Assembly: GCA_038323755.1 (NCBI GenBank)
Contig: JBBQHG010000001.1
Location: 1 to 44,844, forward strand
Length of the DNA: 44,844 nt
Source of the DNA: Sphingomonadales bacterium
GTDB lineage: Bacteria > Pseudomonadota > Alphaproteobacteria > Sphingomonadales > Sphingomonadaceae
Direction of reading: 5' to 3'
The notes beneath the pieces were generated by a model that saw only the letters and a list, made by a program, of their open reading frames with translations, ran no database searches and was not told the DNA's origin. Below are positions 38,674 to 44,844 of this stretch, in pieces. The position numbers and the translations under genes are program-made. The stretch's first letter is position 1. Every line of letters begins with the position of its first letter.

Positions 38674-40572
38674 TCAGGCGGCCTCGTGCTGGGTGAACAC
38701 GACAGGCTGCGGGGCGCCGCGGTTCCCGAATTCGGCGATCTCCGCCAGATGCGCGATAAACTGTGCCGGCGAGACAAGCGCGAAGCTCCAGCAGCTGAAC
38801 TCCCGCCTGCCAGTACGTTCGATCGCGGCCCTCGCCTGCTCCAAGGCCACCGACATCGCCTCCGTCCTGCCGAGCACCGCGTTGGTCAACGCGAGACATT
38901 GGTACCAGTTCGGGTCGTAACCCTCGTGGAACGCGCGATCGAAGAGGCCTGCGGCCTGCTGGAAGGTCGCCTCGTTCGGACGTCCGTCCCGCCCCCACTG
39001 AGCGATTGCGGTGTTGAAGACGGTGATGAGATCGACGCTATCCGCGAGGATGGGTTCGGCGATCATCGCGGCACGTTCGAAACGCCCGCCCGCGATCAAA
39101 GTCATCTGGGACGTGTAGATGTCGACGACCTGTGCTGATCGGACGTCCACTATCTCCTTCAGCGCCATCTCGGTGAACTCGGCGGCGACCGCGCTCAGAC
39201 CCGGGGCCTGGGCGAGCTGACGTGCCACGGCGAGGATTCTCTCGGCGCTGGCTTCGGCGATCGCCGGCGTTTCCTTTGTCGACTGCAGCGCCCCGGGATC
39301 TATGCTCGCGATCGCCAGCATGGCGTCGATCACCATTGCCTCGGGTGCCTTCGCGTCGCCAAGGATGGCCCGGGCGCTCTCGAGTGCCTCGACATCGCGG
39401 TCGAGCTCCGAGTAAATCTTTAGGCGCATGCGGTTGGCGATCAGCCTCACCCGATCGCTGTCGACCGGCCGGGTGGTCCTGGTCGCAGGTATCGCGGCGA
39501 TCGCGGCGTCCACGGCGTCTGCCCCGCTCGCGAGGTCGCGCAGCCGATAATAGGCTCGGGAGAGCTCATGCTGGACGACGCAATCCTCCTTGTGCGCCTT
39601 CCCGATCGCCTCGAGCCGGGATACGATTGCCCCGTGCTTTGACTCGTCGTCGCCAACCCGCACCCGAATGCGGCGGCTCGCAACCGACATCGCGAATGCT
39701 ACGGCCCCGTCAGCGTCCTCGTCGTTGTATTGAACGAGCTGGCCAGCGAGCTCGCGATACTGGGTTGCCAGTCCAGACGAGACGCGGTCGAGAACGAACA
39801 TCGACTGGTTCAGCAGCATGAGGCTGTCGTAATGTTCGATCGTTACCAGCTGGTTCTCGGAGTATCCCAGCTCCTCTTGAAATCTCTCCATGCGTCGTTT
39901 GAGGTGGCCGTGCTCGTCGTCGAGGCGTGGGACGCGCGATGCCACGAACAGAAGCTCGATGTCCTTTGGGCGCGCGCCACTGCTCCGGACGTCGCGGACG
40001 ATCTGACGCAGGCCGATGAGGTTCTGCTCGTTCGGGAAGAAGACGGCGACGACCAGGTCGGGCAGCTGCCTCGTGCATATGCCACCGACGTCGGTGTGAC
40101 CGGTACGGCTGTCGATCAGGACGTAGTCGTAACCGCGCTGTTGCCAATGCGCGCGGATGTTCTCCATCATCAGGAATCCGTCCTGCTTCTCGTACAGGAG
40201 GTTCCAGTCGATGCGGCTCAGGCGTTGCCCGTAACCGTCGTCATCGTCCCGGCCGGCCGGCATGATGTCGATCGAGATCTCTTCGAACCCGGCATTGAGC
40301 TCGTCATATCTGCCGCCCGTCACACAGGTGTGGATGTAGTCGTCCAGCGGCGGAGTGCCGCCCCGTTCGACATAGTCGCTCACCAGATCCACGACGCCCT
40401 TGCCTCCGTCGGCAGGCGCGAACGGGCTGAGCGTCGTCAGTCCCGGAGCCTCGAGATCGAAATCGACGACAAGCACCTTCTTGCCGCGTTGGGCGAGCAG
40501 GACCGCAACGTTGGCGAGTGCGAGGGAGCGACCTACGCCGCCCTTGTAGGAATAGAACGTCGCACAGAACAT
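38674..40572 (-). CDS. ParA/MinD-like ATPase (KGGVGR variant) with a long helical/TPR-like C-terminus
   Basis: TFYSYKGGVGRS, VDFDLEAPGL, YDYVLIDSRTG, PNEQNL; alanine-rich helical repeats after about residue 290. Confidence 0.88.
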   Translation of the reverse strand: MFCATFYSYKGGVGRSLALANVAVLLAQRGKKVLVVDFDLEAPGLTTLSPFAPADGGKGVVDLVSDYVERGGTPPLDDYIHTCVTGGRYDELNAGFEEISIDIMPAGRDDDDGYGQRLSRIDWNLLYEKQDGFLMMENIRAHWQQRGYDYVLIDSRTGHTDVGGICTRQLPDLVVAVFFPNEQNLIGLRQIVRDVRSSGARPKDIELLFVASRVPRLDDEHGHLKRRMERFQEELGYSENQLVTIEHYDSLMLLNQSMFVLDRVSSGLATQYRELAGQLVQYNDEDADGAVAFAMSVASRRIRVRVGDDESKHGAIVSRLEAIGKAHKEDCVVQHELSRAYYRLRDLASGADAVDAAIAAIPATRTTRPVDSDRVRLIANRMRLKIYSELDRDVEALESARAILGDAKAPEAMVIDAMLAIASIDPGALQSTKETPAIAEASAERILAVARQLAQAPGLSAVAAEFTEMALKEIVDVRSAQVVDIYTSQMTLIAGGRFERAAMIAEPILADSVDLITVFNTAIAQWGRDGRPNEATFQQAAGLFDRAFHEGYDPNWYQCLALTNAVLGRTEAMSVALEQARAAIERTGRREFSCWSFALVSPAQFIAHLAEIAEFGNRGAPQPVVFTQHEAA

Positions 40573-41184
40573 CTAGCCGAAGTTCCTGAGCTTGAACTTG
40601 TCACGTCGAACCACTGCGTCAGCCAGCACAGCGGGAAGCTCGGCCTCGAGCGCCGGGAAGCGGCCGCGGATGACATTGTCGTCGTCGTTGACCTGCGCAG
40701 GGGACTGGGAGACGCGTCCATCAAGCCGCGCGGCCGTGGCCGGGTTGGACAGCGCTTTCAACAGGGTGTTCATGCTGCGGTTCTGGATGATCCGGCCGTT
40801 CTCCCAGCGTTCCATCGAGGCAGGCGGAATGCCGTATGCCTCATCAAATTGTCGCCGGGACAGGCCAAGCTTCTCTCGCAGGGCCTTGATCTCAGCAGGG
40901 ATGTACAGACCAAGGTGGCGGCAGGCGGCGACATGCCGCAACTGCTCCGCCCTGAAGTCAGTGTATGCAATTCCACATCCCAGGCATCTGACCATTGGGA
41001 CTTCAACCTGGAAGGAATCTCCCTTCTCGCCAATCATGTGGGTCTCGGTGATCGCCTCCTCGACGATGTGAGGGGCTTCACAATCACAGCTGGCGCTCAG
41101 GTTTGCACCTGGGGTGGCGCCCCCTGCGATTGCCTTCAGCTCTGCCTTTGCGGCAGAGACCATCATTTCAAATATTTCGCTCAT
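40573..41184 (-). CDS. MqsA-like antitoxin (Zn finger + XRE HTH) with a C-terminal extension
   Basis: CDC...RCLGCG; EIKALREKLGLSRRQFDEAYGIPPASMERWENG. Confidence 0.82.
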   Translation of the reverse strand: MSEIFEMMVSAAKAELKAIAGGATPGANLSASCDCEAPHIVEEAITETHMIGEKGDSFQVEVPMVRCLGCGIAYTDFRAEQLRHVAACRHLGLYIPAEIKALREKLGLSRRQFDEAYGIPPASMERWENGRIIQNRSMNTLLKALSNPATAARLDGRVSQSPAQVNDDDNVIRGRFPALEAELPAVLADAVVRRDKFKLRNFG

Positions 41185-41539
41185 AGTGAAAGCTAATCCC
41201 GCCTATCTTTGGTATCTTTTTTTCCATCCGCAAGTCGATGGCAACCTTCATATATATTCTACGGGTATCTCCAGGCTGCGCTGCGATCATGATGTAGCAG
41301 TGGTCACCATGCTCAACCGTTTTCTTATGCTTGATCGGAACCATGCCTTGGAAGCAATCTGCGATGAATTCCCATGCGGCGGCATCGTTGAACAGACCCA
41401 ACGTCGCGGGATGCGTAACCTCCCAAGGCTGCCATTTGTGTGGCTTCTCCAGAAGCGGATGATTTACGCGAGAACCGGGAGCACGGCACAGGGCTTCCAG
41501 CCCATCTCTGCACGCCTCTACATCTGAGAGATCAACCAT
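41168..41539 (-). CDS. Putative MqsR/RelE-fold toxin
   Basis: 123 aa, upstream of and overlapping the antitoxin; C-terminal IYMK...ISFH pattern as in MqsR-like toxins. Confidence 0.6.
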   Translation of the reverse strand: MVDLSDVEACRDGLEALCRAPGSRVNHPLLEKPHKWQPWEVTHPATLGLFNDAAAWEFIADCFQGMVPIKHKKTVEHGDHCYIMIAAQPGDTRRIYMKVAIDLRMEKKIPKIGGISFHYERNI

Positions 41540-42184
41540 AGGTAAAGTTTTCGGCGTTGGGAAGGTCGAAATTGATCATATGAGGCGATTTAGCTCCATT
41601 GCGGGCGGGATACGTCATTGTAGGGTGTGGGACTAATTCACGCCACTCGTCAGGCAGAGGCAACGTTTGAACCCAGATCGAGTTTTGAAGCTAGGAGCGA
41701 TTATGTCCTCAAACGGCTGTCGCAAACCGCCATACCGACCCTCGGAGCTGCCCTCGCCCCCGCCATCAGGGTCGTGATTGGGCACGAAACGGCGTTTGAA
41801 GCCTAGTTCATAGTTGTCGCTACGCGGCGGCGGCCGCGTCAGGCTGGTGACGTGGTTCGGCCGCGCAGCCAGAGCGCGAGATTGGCGACATAGTGTCGGA
41901 CCGAAGCCTGGGCTTCGGGGGGATGGGAGAGGCGGTCGCCGGGCGCTTCCGACACGAAACCTGGTCAGCGCATCGACGGGTCCCAATCACAGCCAGAGTG
42001 GTGAAAGGGGGATTCGACGAGCGCCGGTTCCGTAGTCGCGTTTGGGGGGATCAGGCCGCTTGCACAATGAGGTTGACCTCCCCAATATTCATGTTAGAGA
42101 CACATACATCGAGTTTGTTGCACTTACACTTCGAGGTGGGCCGGCGGCCTTTGTGCAGCGAAGCGTCAACGCGGAGGCTAAGCC

Positions 42185-42826
42185 ATGTTCGACGATGCTG
42201 GTTTGAGAAATGCTGGCGAAGTCATGCTCGAAGTAGACATCTGCGTCCCACCCTCACCCGTCGATCCGATCGAGGTGCTGTTGCTGCGCGTGCGCGGAGC
42301 CGATAGCCGGGCCTTCCGCAAGCTGTACGACATCACGGCACCGCGCCTGCTGTCGAAGGCACTGTCGATTCTGGGCAGTCGCGACGCCGCCGAGGACGCG
42401 CTGCAGGAGGCCTATGTCCGTATCTGGCGCAATGCCAGCCAGTTCGATCCGGCGCGCGGCAATGCCTCCGCCTGGATCATGCGCGTGTTGCGCAATGCAG
42501 CGATCGATCGCCTTCGCCAGGACCGCTTGATTGCGCGCTACCAGAGCGGCGAGGACTTGCCCGAAATACCGATCGCGCCAGAACCCGTCATGGATCGGCT
42601 CGATCTTGAACGTTCCCTCGCGCACCTTACGCCTGAACAGCGCACGACGATCTGCCGTGTGGTCGTTCAAGGATGGACCCACGACGAAGTCGGGATGGCC
42701 GACCAAATCCCTACGCCGACCGCCAAGGCGCGCGCACAGCGCGGGCTGCTTCGGCTTCGAACGGCGTTGACCGAACCAAGCAGTGATGGTTTGTCGGCCA
42801 GCGAATGGGTAAAGGCGGTGGCGTGA
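42185..42826 (+). CDS. ECF sigma factor (SigK-like)
   Basis: AFRKLYD, AEDALQEAYVRIW, WIMRVLRNAAID, region 4 THDEVG...TAKAR. Confidence 0.9.
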   Translation: MFDDAGLRNAGEVMLEVDICVPPSPVDPIEVLLLRVRGADSRAFRKLYDITAPRLLSKALSILGSRDAAEDALQEAYVRIWRNASQFDPARGNASAWIMRVLRNAAIDRLRQDRLIARYQSGEDLPEIPIAPEPVMDRLDLERSLAHLTPEQRTTICRVVVQGWTHDEVGMADQIPTPTAKARAQRGLLRLRTALTEPSSDGLSASEWVKAVA

Positions 42827-42887
42827 CCAGCGAACACCAGCAACAGATCGCACGAGGCCAAGCCGATCATGCGAGGCTCAGCATCTC

Positions 42888-43511
42888 GTGACGTCGGACG
42901 GCCCCAAGGCATCCTATCAAAGCCCGCTGCGCGCGCGGCTGAAGGAGCAAACTTCGCTGATCATCCTCGATGCCGTCGGTACGGTGATCAGCAATGGCGA
43001 CCTTGCGGCGGTCAGCATCGCCGAAGTGGCCCGCATCGCTGAGGTGACCGAGCAAACGGTCTATCGTCACTACCGCACGCGCGACGAGTTGATCCGCGCC
43101 TTTATCAAATGGCATCTTGAACAAGCCGTCGGCGGGCCGGACATTCAGCTGCCCCGGACAATCGACGAGCTGCTCGCGTGGCTCGGCACGCGCTACCGCG
43201 CCTGGGAAGCCGATCGGCAGATCGTCAGCGAAACCTATCTCTCGGCAATCGGACGCGAACTGCGTCAGCCGCTCTATGAAATTGGCTATCAGAACATCAT
43301 TCGGATGTTGGGAAACGAACACTCCGAACTCAGTGATGCGATGCGCCGCGCCATCGCGGCCGCGATGCTAACGCTGATGAGTACCGAGAATTTCGTATTT
43401 CTTCAGCGGAACCTGGGCTATGATGCGAAAGAGGTCCACGTCAGCGTGGTGACAGCAATCAACGCCATGCGGCGCGGCCTCGAGCCCGAACTCGCAGCCG
43501 ACTACATCTAG
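42888..43511 (+). CDS. TetR/AcrR-family regulator
   Basis: SIAEVARIAEVTEQTVYRHYRTRDEL HTH. Confidence 0.9.
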   Translation: MTSDGPKASYQSPLRARLKEQTSLIILDAVGTVISNGDLAAVSIAEVARIAEVTEQTVYRHYRTRDELIRAFIKWHLEQAVGGPDIQLPRTIDELLAWLGTRYRAWEADRQIVSETYLSAIGRELRQPLYEIGYQNIIRMLGNEHSELSDAMRRAIAAAMLTLMSTENFVFLQRNLGYDAKEVHVSVVTAINAMRRGLEPELAADYI

Positions 43512-43523
43512 ACGCGCGCGACC

Positions 43524-43847
43524 TCAGCTGTCCTTGGTTTCGGCAAGCCGCGCCTGAACGATCGCCCATGTGTCGCTCGATGGCGTGATGCCTACGCCAT
43601 CGTCCAAGTCGAATGAAGGCGAATCCTCGGTACGATCGAGCATTTCGCGATAGCCCGCGACCAAGCTGTCAAAGGCTTCGTCATGAGCGCGTCTATCCAC
43701 CGCTCGACCAAGCAACGGTTCGATCAGAATGCCGAGCGCCAGGTCGAGCGCCAGCGCCTGATCGGGTGACAGATCCCGTAACCCCTCCGAACTAGCGCTC
43801 GACGCGTATTCAGGCAGATCGTCATTGTTCATAGCACCATGAGCCAT
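43524..43847 (-). CDS. Stand-alone anti-sigma-domain-like protein
   Basis: ALDLALGIL...DEAFDSLVAGYREML...PSSDTWAIVQARL resembles the RskA/ChrR N-terminal anti-sigma domain. Confidence 0.6.
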   Translation of the reverse strand: MAHGAMNNDDLPEYASSASSEGLRDLSPDQALALDLALGILIEPLLGRAVDRRAHDEAFDSLVAGYREMLDRTEDSPSFDLDDGVGITPSSDTWAIVQARLAETKDS

Positions 43848-43940
43848 TCGTTTGTCGTCGATTTCAACAAGATTCGTCGCTTTGATCGCGCGCGCGGCGC
43901 CGCTCCGCCGCGTCTGTATTGCCCATGATGCCCGGATGAC

Positions 43941-43971
43941 AAAAAATACGGGGGGCGGATGCCCCCCGTAT
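43941..43971 (-). terminator. Rho-independent terminator
   Basis: Perfect 11-bp stem ATACGGGGGGC/GCCCCCCGTAT, 4-nt loop, followed by a T-run on the minus strand. Confidence 0.8.
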
Positions 43972-44113
43972 CTCCGGACGATTGCACACTTGGCTGGAAG
44001 CTCCGATTGCGGGGGGAAGCGGTCGCTCCCACCGTGAGGTGTGCCCCCGTCACGAGCGCCAATCTACCGGGAGGCGGTAGTAGATCGGCTGTGTCACGCC
44101 GAATTGGCCGACA
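43941..44113 (-). ncRNA. Candidate ECF-dependent small RNA (about 170 nt)
   Basis: Lies between an ECF-type promoter and a strong terminator; hairpin CUACCG-CCUCC-CGGUAG; no credible ORF. Confidence 0.5.
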
Positions 44114-44119
44114 TTCTCC

Positions 44120-44148
44120 TTACGACCCGATGCACCGCGCCGGATGCA
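44120..44148 (-). promoter_or_regulatory. ECF-type promoter TGCATCC-N17-CGTAA
   Basis: Inverted copy of the motif at 44213-44240. Confidence 0.65.
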
Positions 44149-44212
44149 CCTTGACGGGAAAATTCTCAAAAGCGCACTTCGCCCCTGCTTTGCAAATAAG
44201 TTGGTCGGCGGC

Positions 44213-44240
44213 TGCATCCAGGATCGAGACACCGTCGTAA
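44213..44240 (+). promoter_or_regulatory. ECF-type promoter TGCATCC-N16-CGTAA upstream of the fasciclin gene
   Basis: Motif occurs twice divergently; SigK-like ECFs typically control fasciclin genes. Confidence 0.65.
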
Positions 44241-44372
44241 TATCGGTATCGGCGGGCGGATTTCGATGAAATCTATGGTTCCTCCGACCGCACACCATCA
44301 TGTGCATTGATGTAACCGATTAGATCTGAAAATATAAACGCTTTTATTAACTCATAATCCAAGGATATTCAC

Positions 44373-44844
44373 ATGAAAAAGACTATGATTGCTTCGATTA
44401 TTTTGGCCGCAACCAGCGCTGTCGGCATCGGCGCTACTGCCGCACTCGCATTGCCGGCTCCGGTTACTGTGGGCGGTGCGCCAATGTACGCCAACAAGAA
44501 CATCATCCAGAATGCGGTGAATTCGAAGGACCACACCACGCTCGTCGCGGCCGTGAAGGCAGCAGGGCTCGTCGAGACGCTGTCGGGTCCCGGTCCGTTC
44601 ACGGTGTTCGCGCCGACCAACGCTGCCTTCGCCAAGCTGCCGGCATCGACGGTGCCGACCCTGCTGAAGCCCGAGAATAAGGGCCAGCTCACCGCGATCC
44701 TGACCTATCACGTCCTGCCCGGCAAACTGTCGGCAGCCGCGCTGCGCGCCAAGATCAAGGCGGGCAATGGCCACGCGATGTTCAAGACCGTCCAGGGCGA
44801 AGAGCTGACCTTCACGCAGGCCGGTCGGCGCCTCCAGATCACCG
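44373..44844 (+). CDS. Secreted fasciclin (FAS1) domain protein (3' truncated by window)
   Basis: Signal peptide; [33 protein letters not shown]; ILTYHV. Confidence 0.93.
   Translation, partial: MKKTMIASIILAATSAVGIGATAALALPAPVTVGGAPMYANKNIIQNAVNSKDHTTLVAAVKAAGLVETLSGPGPFTVFAPTNAAFAKLPASTVPTLLKPENKGQLTAILTYHVLPGKLSAAALRAKIKAGNGHAMFKTVQGEELTFTQAGRRLQIT

Larger units (their letters stand above)
22087..44844. mobile_element. Probable genomic island anchored at tRNA-Thr (right end not visible)
   Basis: Switch to accessory genes, IS remnants and lower-GC patches right after the tRNA; tandem TGGCAAGCA repeats at 22131 and 22142; no integrase in the window. Confidence 0.6.

Noticed and set aside
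41633-42035. ORFs between the toxin gene and the ECF sigma gene
   Set aside because: No recognisable motif or RBS; probably non-coding or decayed sequence
44092-44112. AAGGAGA followed by a 6-codon ORF (MSANSA) on the minus strand
   Set aside because: The apparent SD overlaps the promoter -10 region and would mostly not be transcribed; a leaderless micro-ORF cannot be fully excluded

Overview
GC-rich alphaproteobacterial DNA; gene content and REP repeats suggest Sphingomonadaceae. Positions 1-22086 are mostly core chromosome: a CNT nucleoside transporter, TMEM175, a MerR regulator, 3-hydroxybutyryl-CoA dehydrogenase, egtB/egtD, a PduO-type adenosyltransferase, gluQ, a frameshifted HNH gene, a REC-HWE kinase, ppc, oligopeptidase B, aminopeptidase P and tRNA-Thr(GGT). 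A 1.68-kb IS1595-family element with cargo genes sits inside a REP hairpin. Two of its cargo ORFs share an 18-aa Q/N/G/S-rich motif, at the C-terminus of a small membrane protein and the N-terminus of the next protein. This is the layout of amyloid-signalling cell-death/anti-phage pairs and is the top finding. After tRNA-Thr the window looks like a genomic island. It carries a ChrB-like regulator with a TolC/MFP/RND/MFS efflux cluster, IS3 and IS66 remnants, an oxidoreductase with a PNPOx-globin fusion, a TonB receptor and a DUF2971 fragment. It also has an MqsR/MqsA-like toxin-antitoxin pair coupled to a KGGVGR ParA-like ATPase, and an ECF sigma/anti-sigma/fasciclin locus with a probable ECF-driven small RNA. 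All calls come from motif recognition by eye; no searches were run.
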